DNA of 64,000 nucleotides from Polyangiaceae bacterium (lineage in GTDB: Bacteria; Myxococcota_A; Polyangia; Polyangiales; Polyangiaceae). The notes beneath the pieces were generated by a model. That model did no database searches. It was given only the letters and a program-made list of their open reading frames with translations, and was not told the DNA's origin. The position numbers were made by a program, and so were the translations under genes. Of this stretch, positions 36,601 to 45,809 are shown piece by piece. Where the stretch lies: assembly GCA_965222375.1 (NCBI GenBank), contig CBDCTZ010000005.1, positions 256,001-320,000 of the forward strand. The letters are read 5' to 3'. How positions within the stretch are numbered: the first letter of the stretch is position 1; the number at the start of each line of letters is the position of its first letter.

Positions 36601-39081
36601 CTAGGCCATGCCAGGTTGCTCACCAGGCGGCGGTGCACCAGCGGGCGGGGGAACCGGTGACGGCTCTTCCGGGGACTGTGCAGCCTTGGGCTCTTCGTCG
36701 CTGACCAACTCCCCTTGCCGATACTCGAGCAACAGGCGCCGGGGGCCGAACAGCTTGTCGGGGTCGGCGACCACGAGCGCTTCTCGCAGCACATCGTCCA
36801 TGTGGTCGACCAACACGATGCGCATGCTTTTGAGGACGCGCCGAGGGATCTCCCGGAGGTCCTTGCGGTTGTCCTTGGGAATCACCGCGGTCTTGATGCC
36901 GTTGCGGTGGGCGGCGAGCAACTTCTCTTTCAGGCCGCCAATGGGCATCACCCGGCCTCGCAAGGTGATCTCCCCGGTCATTGCGACCTCATTGCGAATC
37001 GGGATCTTGGTCAGTGCGCTGGCGATGCTCGTCGCCATGGTCACACCGGCACTGGGTCCGTCCTTGCGCACGAAGTCTGGGAAGTGAACGTGCACGTCGA
37101 TCTTCTGATAAAAATCCTTCTCCAGCTCCAACGCGTCCGAGCGTGAGCGGATGTAGCTCATGGCTGCCTGGGCACTCTCTTCCATGCCCTTCTCGAGCAG
37201 ACCTGTGATGACTAGCTTGCCCTTGCCGGGCACGACACTGACCTCGCAATCGAGAATGTCGCCGCCGTATTCGGAGACCGACAGGCCGTGGGTCAGGCCG
37301 ACGTGGTCATCCTCTTCCTTCTTGCCAAGGCGGAACTTGGGAACGCCAAGGTACTTCGGCACCGCTTTGCCACGTACGACGATTTTCTGGTCTTTGCCTT
37401 CTTTGACCACCCGAAGCGCGACTTTGCGGCACACACTGGCCACCTCGCGTTCCAGATTTCGAACGCCGGCCTCTTTGGTGTAGTGGTGAATGATCGTGCG
37501 AACGGCGTTTTCGGTGATATCCAGCTCGACGTCGTCCAGGCCACACTCTTTGACCTGCCTGGGCACTAGATACTTGAGGGCGATGTTCAGCTTCTCGAAC
37601 TCCGTGTAGGAGGAGAGCTGGATGATCTCCATGCGATCCTGCAGCGGGAGTGGAATGCCACTCAGGGTATTAGCCGTAGTCAGGAACATCACCTGGGAGA
37701 GGTCGTAGTCCAGATCCAGGTAGTGGTCGTTGAAGGTGTTATTCTGCTCCGGGTCCAAGACCTCGAGCAAAGCCGCCGCCGGATCTCCGCGGAAGTCCGT
37801 GCTCATCTTGTCGACCTCATCGAGCAAGAAGAGAGGGTTGGCAGTGCCGACCTTCTTGAGATTCTGAATGATCTTTCCGGGCAGCGCTCCGATGTAGGTG
37901 CGCCGGTGGCCGCGGATCTCGGCTTCATCCCGCACTCCGCCCAAAGACAGGCGAACGAACTTGCGGCCCGTCGCCCGGGCGATGCTCTTGGCGATGCTCG
38001 TCTTGCCCACGCCGGGGGGCCCAACGAAACATAGGATGGGTCCTTTGAGCTGCCCGGTCAGGGCCTGCACCGCCAAATACTCGACAATGCGCTCTTTGGG
38101 CTTCTTCAGGCCGTAGTGATCCTCTTCCAGGATCTTCTGAGCTTCATTGATGTCGAAGCGCTCCTCGGTCGTTTCGTACCAGGGCAGGCTCAAGATCCAA
38201 TCGATGTAATTGCGTACGACGGTCGCCTCGGCTGAGGTGGGGTGCATCATCTTGAGCTTCTTCAGTTCTTTCTTGACGCGCTCCTGCCCCTCCTCGCTCA
38301 TCTTCTTGTTCTTGAGCTTGTCTTCAATCTCTTGAATCTCGCTCTTGAACTCGTCGCGCTCACCGCCACCCAGCTCCTTCTGGATAGCCTGCATCTGCTC
38401 GTTTAGGTAGTACTCCTTCTGCGTCTTCTCCATCTGCTTCTTGACGCGGGAGCGGATCTTCTTCTCGACCTGCAGAATCTCGATTTCTGCCTGCATCAAT
38501 TCATAGATGCGTTCCAAGCGGCTCTTGGCGTCGAGGGTTTCGAGCAGGCTCTGGCGATCGGCCAGCTTGATCGTGGGCAAGTTGGCAGCGATGGTGTCAG
38601 CCAGCTTCGCGGGGTCGTCGATGCTTTGAACCTGCATCAAGACTTCGGGCTGAACCTTCTTGTTCAGCTTGACGTAGACCTCGAAGGTGCTCTGCACGCT
38701 GCGGATCAGCGCTTCGAGCTCGACGTCCGACGCCGCGGTCTCCGGCAGAGGTTCGACCTCCACCAGGAAGTAGTCTTTGCTCTCGACCCAGCGCTGCACG
38801 CGGGCCCGCTGCCTCCCTTCTACCAGGACCTTGACCGTTCCATCTGCCAGCCGAAGCAGCTGGACGATGGTGCCAATGGTGCCAACTTGAAAAATATCCT
38901 CGGGAGTTGGGTCGTTGGTCTTCGCGCTTTTCTGCGCGGCCAAGAAGATTTCCTTGTCCCGCGCCATGGCCTCGTCGAGAGCAAGAATGCTCTTTTCGCG
39001 GCCCACGAAGAGCTGCGAGACCATGTGCGGAAAAACGATGATGTCTCGTAAGGGGAGCGCTGGCAGCGGTCGTGATTTCAC
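36601..39081 (-). CDS. lon: ATP-dependent Lon protease
   Basis: [45 protein letters not shown]. Confidence 0.97.
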   Translation of the reverse strand: MKSRPLPALPLRDIIVFPHMVSQLFVGREKSILALDEAMARDKEIFLAAQKSAKTNDPTPEDIFQVGTIGTIVQLLRLADGTVKVLVEGRQRARVQRWVESKDYFLVEVEPLPETAASDVELEALIRSVQSTFEVYVKLNKKVQPEVLMQVQSIDDPAKLADTIAANLPTIKLADRQSLLETLDAKSRLERIYELMQAEIEILQVEKKIRSRVKKQMEKTQKEYYLNEQMQAIQKELGGGERDEFKSEIQEIEDKLKNKKMSEEGQERVKKELKKLKMMHPTSAEATVVRNYIDWILSLPWYETTEERFDINEAQKILEEDHYGLKKPKERIVEYLAVQALTGQLKGPILCFVGPPGVGKTSIAKSIARATGRKFVRLSLGGVRDEAEIRGHRRTYIGALPGKIIQNLKKVGTANPLFLLDEVDKMSTDFRGDPAAALLEVLDPEQNNTFNDHYLDLDYDLSQVMFLTTANTLSGIPLPLQDRMEIIQLSSYTEFEKLNIALKYLVPRQVKECGLDDVELDITENAVRTIIHHYTKEAGVRNLEREVASVCRKVALRVVKEGKDQKIVVRGKAVPKYLGVPKFRLGKKEEDDHVGLTHGLSVSEYGGDILDCEVSVVPGKGKLVITGLLEKGMEESAQAAMSYIRSRSDALELEKDFYQKIDVHVHFPDFVRKDGPSAGVTMATSIASALTKIPIRNEVAMTGEITLRGRVMPIGGLKEKLLAAHRNGIKTAVIPKDNRKDLREIPRRVLKSMRIVLVDHMDDVLREALVVADPDKLFGPRRLLLEYRQGELVSDEEPKAAQSPEEPSPVPPPAGAPPPGEQPGMA

Positions 39082-39100
39082 GGGTAGCCTTTAGGGCGGT

Positions 39101-40360
39101 TCAGCCGACGCCGGCTTGTTCGTCTTTTTGATAGACGATCAAAGGTGCATCACCCTTGGCGATGACGTCTTCGTTGACCACCGTTTCCTTGATCCCGGAC
39201 TTGGACGGGATGTCGTACATGATGTCGAGCATGGCCTCTTCGAGAATCGCGCGCAGACCGCGGGCGCCGCTCTCACGTTCGAGGGCCTTGCGAGCGACTG
39301 CCTGAAGCGCACCCTTGGTGAACTTCAGCTTCACGCCATCCATCTCGAACAGCTTTTGGAACTGTTTGACGAGGCTGTTCTTCGGCTTCGTCAAGATGTC
39401 GATGAGAGCGTCCCGGGTCAGCTCGTGCAGCGTCGCCAGAACGGGTAGTCGCCCGATGAACTCGGGGATCAGACCAAACTTCAGCAGGTCTTCGGGCTGG
39501 ACCTGGTTGAGCAACTCACCCAGCTGAAACTCGGCTTTGCTCTTGATGTCCGCACCGAAGCCCAAGCGTGCCTGACCCAGGCGACGCTGGATTATTTGGT
39601 CGAGACCCACAAAGGCGCCACCGCAGATGAACAGGATGTTGGTGGTGTCGACCTGCAGGAAGTCCTGCTGGGGATGCTTGCGGCCTCCCTTGGGCGGCAC
39701 ATTGGCCACGGTGCCCTCGATGATCTTCAGCAGGGCCTGCTGCACGCCCTCCCCGGACACGTCCCGAGTGATCGAGGGGTTGTCGCTCTTGCGACTGATC
39801 TTGTCGATCTCGTCTATGTATACGATCCCGCGCTGGGCGCGCTCCACGTCGTGGTCGGCGTTTTGGAGGAGCTGAACGATGATGTTCTCGACATCTTCAC
39901 CGACGTAGCCCGCTTCAGTAAGTGTGGTGGCATCCGCGATAGCGAAGGGCACCTTCAGGATCTTGGCGAGGGTCTGGGCCAAGAGAGTTTTGCCACTGCC
40001 GGTGGGCCCCAGGAGCATGATGTTGCTCTTGGACAGCTCGACGTCCTCGGTGGACACCTTCGTGTCGATACGCTTGTAGTGGTTGTGGACGGCGACACTG
40101 AGGATCTTCTTCGCGCGGTCCTGGCCGATCACGTACTCGTCGAGGATGGTCTTGATCTCTGCCGGCTTCGGCATGGGATCCGAGCCACCGGTGGGCTCGT
40201 CCTTCTCGACCTCTTCCGCAATGATGTCGTTGCAGAGGGCGATGCACTCGTCGCAGATATAAACGGTCGGCCCTGCGATGAGCTTCTTGACCTCCTTCTG
40301 GGATTTTCCGCAGAAAGAGCAGCACAGGTTGCCGTTCGAATCGTCTCGCCGTCGCTCCAC
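39101..40360 (-). CDS. clpX: ATP-dependent Clp protease ATPase subunit
   Basis: CSFCGK..ICDECI zinc finger, [27 protein letters not shown]. Confidence 0.97.
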   Translation of the reverse strand: MERRRDDSNGNLCCSFCGKSQKEVKKLIAGPTVYICDECIALCNDIIAEEVEKDEPTGGSDPMPKPAEIKTILDEYVIGQDRAKKILSVAVHNHYKRIDTKVSTEDVELSKSNIMLLGPTGSGKTLLAQTLAKILKVPFAIADATTLTEAGYVGEDVENIIVQLLQNADHDVERAQRGIVYIDEIDKISRKSDNPSITRDVSGEGVQQALLKIIEGTVANVPPKGGRKHPQQDFLQVDTTNILFICGGAFVGLDQIIQRRLGQARLGFGADIKSKAEFQLGELLNQVQPEDLLKFGLIPEFIGRLPVLATLHELTRDALIDILTKPKNSLVKQFQKLFEMDGVKLKFTKGALQAVARKALERESGARGLRAILEEAMLDIMYDIPSKSGIKETVVNEDVIAKGDAPLIVYQKDEQAGVG

Positions 40361-40525
40361 TTGTTAACCCACGTGCCTCATTGTGGCCCACACGGGCCGT
40401 GCATTGTCTTGCTGTGTACCGGATAATTTCGGAAAAGCTCGAAAATTCTAGAAAGGTCCGGCGGGGGCCGCAAGACGACGGCGGAATTTGATGAATTCTT
40501 GCCGGAAGCGCCCCCGACGGGGGGC

Positions 40526-41182
40526 TCAATCGCCCTTCTTTTTCGGCTCGAAAACCTCGTCAATCAGACCGTACTCCTTGGCCTGTCCGGGGCCCATGTA
40601 GAAGTCTCGCTCGATGTCCTTGGCGATGTCTTCCCGCTCGCGCCCCGTGCTCTTGACCAAGATGTCGGTGATGATCTCCTTAGCGTGGCGGATCTCCCGG
40701 GCCTGGATCTCGATGTCGGTCGCTTGACCCCGAGCGCCGCCCAAGGGCTGGTGGATCATGATCCGGGAGTGCGGCAGGGCGAAGCGCCTGCCCGGATGGC
40801 CTGCGCCGAGAAGTAGCGCGCCCATGCTGGCCGCCTGGCCGATGCAAATCGTGCTCACGGGGCAGCGGACGTACTGCATCGTGTCGAAGATGGCCAAACC
40901 TGCTGTGACGACTCCGCCCGGGGAGTTCACGTAGAGCTGGATGTCTTTGTCCGGATCTTCGCTTTCCAAAAAGAGAAATTGGGCAATGATGATGTTGGCG
41001 ACATCATCGTCCACGGCACTGCCAAGGAACACGATGCGATCCTTGAGCAAGCGACTGAAGATGTCCCAGGTGCGTTCGCCGCGGTGCGTCGTTTCGACCA
41101 CATGCGGGTAGATGATGTCGGAGGGCGCCGTGCTTTCGAGCACGGCTAGGGCCTGCTGTCGGGTCTCGGGTCGTTTCGTCAT
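40526..41182 (-). CDS. clpP: Clp protease proteolytic subunit
   Basis: [35 protein letters not shown]. Confidence 0.97.
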   Translation of the reverse strand: MTKRPETRQQALAVLESTAPSDIIYPHVVETTHRGERTWDIFSRLLKDRIVFLGSAVDDDVANIIIAQFLFLESEDPDKDIQLYVNSPGGVVTAGLAIFDTMQYVRCPVSTICIGQAASMGALLLGAGHPGRRFALPHSRIMIHQPLGGARGQATDIEIQAREIRHAKEIITDILVKSTGREREDIAKDIERDFYMGPGQAKEYGLIDEVFEPKKKGD

Positions 41183-41189
41183 CGATAGC

Positions 41190-42467
41190 TCACTTCTCGT
41201 CTTCGATCTTGGACTTGCGTTCGATGATGTCGAGCACCTTATTCTCCAAAATCATTCCCACCAGCATTTCCCGCCGCCGCGGCTCGCTGTATTCCGCCCG
41301 CAATTTCGCGACGTTCTTGCCCGTCTGCTCAGCTAATTCCTTCAGTCCTTCTTCGATCTCCGGATCGCCGATTTTCAGGCCTTCTTGCTTGGCGATTTCC
41401 GCCATCAGGAGCCCTGCGCGCACCTTGACCTCGCTGTCGTTCCGGATTTTGTCCTTCAGCTCGTCCCCGACCCCGCTCACGGTCTGCCCCTGGCGGCGGG
41501 CCTGAGCTACGACTTCTTGCTCGGTGATCTTCATTTGGCGGTCCACCAGCGTCGGCGGCACCGGAATCGGGTTTTTCTCGACCAGAGCCACCACCAGCTG
41601 CTCCGCAACAGCGTTTTCAGACTGCTCCTTGGCGCCCTTCTCGATCTGCTCGTGGATGTGCTTCTTCAAGTCGGCCAGGGTGTCGAACTCGCCCGCGTCC
41701 TTGGCGAGTTCGTCGTCCACGGCCGGGAGCACGCGCTCCTTCAGATCCGTGATGGTCAGGGCGAAGACGGCCTTTTTGCCCTTGAGCTTCGGGTGGGGGT
41801 GCTCTGCCGGCATTTCCACCTCCGCTTCGGCGCTTTCCCCATTCTTCTTCCCGCGCAATGCAGTGTCGATGGGCTTCAATAAGGTGTCGGTGCCCAGCTC
41901 GATCTGGAAGTCTTTGGCGCCCACGTCGGGGATGTCCTGCCCGGCCACGGAAACCGCGAAGTCGACGGTCACGACATCGCCTTCTTTGGCGGCTCGCGCC
42001 TTCTTGGGGGCCTCCAAGGTGGAATGCTCGCGGCGGATGGCCTCCAACTGCTCGTCGACTTGCGCGTCGGCGACTTCCACCTTGGGGCGCTTCGCAGACA
42101 GGCCGTCGTAGGTCACGGATTCAATTTCCGGCACCACCTCGAAACGCGCCTTATAGACGAAGGGCTTGTTCTCGGTCAGCTCTTTGGGTTCGAAGTCTGG
42201 GTTGCTGACCGGCTGTAGCTTCTGGTCCGTGACAGCCTGAGGAAACGTCTCGTCCACAAGACGCTGAGCCACGTCGGCGGCAACTCGAGCACCGAACATG
42301 GTCTTGAGGATCTTGCGTGGCGCTTTGCCCGGGCGAAAGCCCCGAACGCGGGCGTTCTTCGCCAGATTGGAAAACGCCTTGTCGAGCTCGGACTTGACTC
42401 GGTCTACCGTGACCTCGACGTCAAACTCCACGAGCACGGGACTGAGCTTCTGAACCGTGACCTGCAT
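41190..42467 (-). CDS. tig: Trigger factor
   Basis: GFRPGKAP ribosome-binding motif, FKBP-like middle domain, position upstream of clpP. Confidence 0.95.
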   Translation of the reverse strand: MQVTVQKLSPVLVEFDVEVTVDRVKSELDKAFSNLAKNARVRGFRPGKAPRKILKTMFGARVAADVAQRLVDETFPQAVTDQKLQPVSNPDFEPKELTENKPFVYKARFEVVPEIESVTYDGLSAKRPKVEVADAQVDEQLEAIRREHSTLEAPKKARAAKEGDVVTVDFAVSVAGQDIPDVGAKDFQIELGTDTLLKPIDTALRGKKNGESAEAEVEMPAEHPHPKLKGKKAVFALTITDLKERVLPAVDDELAKDAGEFDTLADLKKHIHEQIEKGAKEQSENAVAEQLVVALVEKNPIPVPPTLVDRQMKITEQEVVAQARRQGQTVSGVGDELKDKIRNDSEVKVRAGLLMAEIAKQEGLKIGDPEIEEGLKELAEQTGKNVAKLRAEYSEPRRREMLVGMILENKVLDIIERKSKIEDEK

Positions 42468-42530
42468 TAGGGGGCGAGACATTCCACGCGAACATAGCCG
42501 GGTCAAGGCTCCTATCAGCGCGGCTGACAC

Positions 42531-42558
42531 AAAAAAAGCTGACCCCCGTGGGAGGCAG
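42531..42558 (-). terminator. Rho-independent terminator downstream of small acidic ORF
   Basis: Minus strand CTGCCTCC-CACG-GGGGTCAG-C-TTTTTTT. Confidence 0.65.
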
Positions 42559-42617
42559 ATCCACGAGGGTCAAGAGTCCCGGGAGGGGACGAGACCGGAT
42601 AGCCCGGCCCAAGTGGG

Positions 42618-42800
42618 TTATTCGTCTTCGTCGTCCTCGTACTCGGCTGCGTCTAGCGCGGCCTCCCAAGGGTCCACGTCGAAGTCGATCTCTTGCTGAT
42701 TCGGCTGCTCGACATCGTCGATGCTCCAGCCGGCACGGAAAGTGGGTCGGATTTGCTCGCGTTCGAAGTCGGCGTAGCTACGATAAGCTCTGGGCGGCAT
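42618..42800 (-). CDS. Small acidic hypothetical protein (60 aa)
   Basis: AGGAGG RBS, own terminator, RAYRSYADFEREQIRP N-terminus and D/E-rich tail. Confidence 0.65.
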   Translation of the reverse strand: MPPRAYRSYADFEREQIRPTFRAGWSIDDVEQPNQQEIDFDVDPWEAALDAAEYEDDEDE

Positions 42801-43150
42801 GGCTTCGTCTCCTCCTGGGGAGAGGTTTGGGGTTGATGGGCTTCAGTGGGGTGCGCCGCCGATGCGGGGGAGCCGGATGGGCGGACGAGGGTTCGAATGC
42901 GGGCGCGAGGAGGAATAAAAAACGTCCTGAAGCACACGCTCACGGCGCTTGGCGGCCCGGTGATCCGGGGCGGCGAGCACTTCATGAAGTCGCTGCTTGA
43001 GGGGTTTTCGTGGTTGGTGTCTCACAGATACCTACCTACACCTACATCTACACACACAGTACGACAACGCCTGGGGACGACCAAGAAAACGCCCTGCCCG
43101 CTCGCTATTTCGATAAGAGGTGCTTCGAGAGCCACGCTCTGAGGTTGGAC

Positions 43151-43918
43151 ATGACGCGTCCGAAGATCATCGCCATCGCAAACCAGAAAGGCGGCGTGGG
43201 TAAGACCACGACGGCGGTCAACCTCGCCGCGAGCTTGGCGGCTGCGGAGCAACCCACCCTGCTGTGTGACCTCGACCCCCAGGCTAACGCGTCGAGCGGT
43301 GTCGGGCACGCCCCGGGTACGGTCGAGACGACGATCTACGACGCATTGATCGGAAACGCGACACTGTCGGAGATCATCCGCGCCACGCCTATGGCGGCTC
43401 TAAACGTCGCTCCCGCGAGCCAAGATCTTACCGCTGTCGAATACGAGCTATTCGACGACGCTGGCCGCGGCACACATCTTCGGAATCTGCTGAGGGATGC
43501 GGACCTTTCGAAATACGAATACGTCATCATCGACTCGCCTCCATCCCTTGGCGTGCTCACTCTCAATGTGCTTGTTGCAGCTGACCGCGTGATCGTTCCG
43601 TTGCAGCCGGAGTACTACGCGCTCGAGGGCATCACCTATTTGATGGCTACTGTCGATCGTGTGCGCGCAAGTCTAAACCCCGAGCTAGCGGTGGAAGGCA
43701 TCGTCCTAACGATGTGGGATCCGCGCAACCGGCTGGCCCACGAAGTCGCGGAACAGGTGCGCAAGCACTTTCGGGTGTTTGAAGCGGTCATTCCACGCAA
43801 CGTGCGCCTCTCCGAGGCGCCCTCTCATGGCTTGCCGGCATTGCTCTACGACGTCGGATGCAAGGGCTCCCAAGGCTACTTGAGCTTGGCTCGGGAAGTC
43901 ATCGAGGCCAAAGCGTGA
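43151..43918 (+). CDS. parA: Chromosome partitioning ATPase ParA/Soj
   Basis: ANQKGGVGKTTT, DLDPQANAS, IDSPPSLG, EYYALEG, IPRNVRLSEAPSHG. Confidence 0.95.
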   Translation: MTRPKIIAIANQKGGVGKTTTAVNLAASLAAAEQPTLLCDLDPQANASSGVGHAPGTVETTIYDALIGNATLSEIIRATPMAALNVAPASQDLTAVEYELFDDAGRGTHLRNLLRDADLSKYEYVIIDSPPSLGVLTLNVLVAADRVIVPLQPEYYALEGITYLMATVDRVRASLNPELAVEGIVLTMWDPRNRLAHEVAEQVRKHFRVFEAVIPRNVRLSEAPSHGLPALLYDVGCKGSQGYLSLAREVIEAKA

Positions 43919-44796
43919 GCGGCCCGAGCAAACCCCGAGGCCTGGGTCGCGGCCTCGACGCCCTCTTGCCAGTACGCACGCCCCAAGTCCCGAAGACCCA
44001 GTCCGGGGAAAGCTATGGCGCGGACAACGTCTTCCAATGTGCGATTGACAAGATCCAGCCGCAGAAAGGTCAGCCGCGCCAGCACATCGACGACGAAAAG
44101 CTCGAAGAGCTCGCGCAGAGCATCCGGGTGCACGGCATCATCGAACCGCTCGTCGTGCGTCGTCGCGGCAAGCGAGACTCCTTCGAGTTGATCGCCGGTG
44201 AGCGCCGCTGGCGAGCAGCACAACGAGCCGGGCTGAAAGAGGTGCTCGTCGTGGTGCGAGACGTCTCCCAAAAAGACGCGTTCGAACTCGCCCTGATCGA
44301 AAACATTCAGCGCGCGGACCTGGATCCCATCGAATTCGCCGAAGCCCTCGCCCGGCTGATCCAGGAGCACGGATTCACCCAGGAAAGCGTGGCATCCCGA
44401 GTCGGCAAGGACCGCTCCACCGTGGCCAACGCGCTGCGTTTGCTCAAGCTGCCTAGGGGCGTACGCCAGCTCGTGATCAGCGGAGAGCTCTCGGAAGGCC
44501 ACGCCCGGGCTCTACTCGGAGCACCCGATGAACTCGTGCTCAGCCAGTTGGCGGACAAGGTGCAAAAGGGCCGGCTGAGCGTGCGTCAGACTGAAGCCTT
44601 GGTGCGCGCAGCGAAGCAGGCGAGCGGAACCAAGCCACCGAAAGGCAAACCCGCCAGCGTTCGTGACTTGGAGGGGCGCTTGGAGAAACGCCTCGGCACG
44701 CGTGTAGAAGTGCGCGACAAGGATGGCCGCGGGGAAATCATGATGAAGTACTCCAGCCTGGACGAACTCGATCGCCTGCTCGACATCCTCTTGTGA
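43915..44796 (+). CDS. parB: Chromosome partitioning protein ParB/Spo0J
   Basis: RGLGRGLDALL, QPR, IAGERRWRA, ENIQR.DL, GKDRSTVANALRLL. Confidence 0.95.
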   Translation: MSGPSKPRGLGRGLDALLPVRTPQVPKTQSGESYGADNVFQCAIDKIQPQKGQPRQHIDDEKLEELAQSIRVHGIIEPLVVRRRGKRDSFELIAGERRWRAAQRAGLKEVLVVVRDVSQKDAFELALIENIQRADLDPIEFAEALARLIQEHGFTQESVASRVGKDRSTVANALRLLKLPRGVRQLVISGELSEGHARALLGAPDELVLSQLADKVQKGRLSVRQTEALVRAAKQASGTKPPKGKPASVRDLEGRLEKRLGTRVEVRDKDGRGEIMMKYSSLDELDRLLDILL

Positions 44797-44807
44797 CGCC
44801 GTTGGCG

Positions 44808-45809
44808 CTACTTCTTCTTGCCTTGCAGCGCTGCTAGCGCCTTCTTCGCGGCTGCACCAACGCCCTTGTCGCCGCCCAGCTCGGCGGCCTTCTTGAGCGC
44901 AGCGATGGCTTGCTTCTTCTTGCCCTGCGCGCGGAAGTGTTGGCCCAGATAGAAGTGCCCTGGAGCAAAGTTCGGCTCCAGCTTCACGGACTTCTCGTAG
45001 TCCGCTTGCGCCCCCGCGTCATCCTTGAGCTCGTGGCGGCACACACCTCGCCGCACGAACAGCACCGGCCTTTCGGCCTTTTTGATCGCCTTGTCGAAGG
45101 CCGCAACGCAGTCTTTGAAGGACCCAAGTTTGCCAAACGCGTCGCCCATTCCAGCCAGCACGTCGATCTCCGTCGCCTGGGCTAGGGTCTTGCGCAGCTG
45201 CGCCAGGGCTTCGTCCTTCTTGCCACCGGCGGCCAAGACTTGGCCGTACGCAACCGCTAGGGCGATGTTGTCTGGAGCTGCAGCAACCGCCGCAGCGTAG
45301 GCGTCGAGCGCTTTGTCCATCTGCCCGGCCGCCTCCAGGGAAAGGGCGTGATTCATCAACAGGCGTGGATCCCTCGGAGCGCCCTTGAGCGCGCCTTCCA
45401 CGATGGCCAGTGCCTCGGCGGCCTTGTTGGCGTCCAAGAACATCGCTGACAGATTGACGCTCGCCTCCACCAACTTGGGGTCGAGTTTGAGCGCATCTTG
45501 GTAGGCAGCTTGTGCGCCCGCTGCGTCACCCAAGTTCTCCAAAGCAACACCGAGATAGTAGGCCGCCTGGGGATCGTCCGGCTTGTCCGCTCGGGCCTTC
45601 AGCAAGTGCTGCTTGGCCTTGTCGAAATTGCCCGCTTGGATCGCATCCATGCCCGCCTGAACATCGGCGCTGGACGCCGGAGCGACCGCGCCCGGGGAAT
45701 CTTCCGTGGGCGGCGGAGGCCCAGGTTCCTCCGGCGGTGGCGTTGCCCCACCACAGGCACACAGCAGGGCTGCGGCAACCGCAGACACGCGAAAGTTAGC
45801 TAACTTCAT
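44808..45809 (-). CDS. TPR-repeat lipoprotein
   Basis: LCA-C lipobox and multiple TPR-like helices (AAYYLGVAL, AYQDALKLDP). Confidence 0.8.
   Translation of the reverse strand: MKLANFRVSAVAAALLCACGGATPPPEEPGPPPPTEDSPGAVAPASSADVQAGMDAIQAGNFDKAKQHLLKARADKPDDPQAAYYLGVALENLGDAAGAQAAYQDALKLDPKLVEASVNLSAMFLDANKAAEALAIVEGALKGAPRDPRLLMNHALSLEAAGQMDKALDAYAAAVAAAPDNIALAVAYGQVLAAGGKKDEALAQLRKTLAQATEIDVLAGMGDAFGKLGSFKDCVAAFDKAIKKAERPVLFVRRGVCRHELKDDAGAQADYEKSVKLEPNFAPGHFYLGQHFRAQGKKKQAIAALKKAAELGGDKGVGAAAKKALAALQGKKK

Noticed and set aside
40507..40526. Terminator between clpP and clpX
   Set aside because: A GC hairpin is present but has no U-tract on the coding strand; function not supportable.
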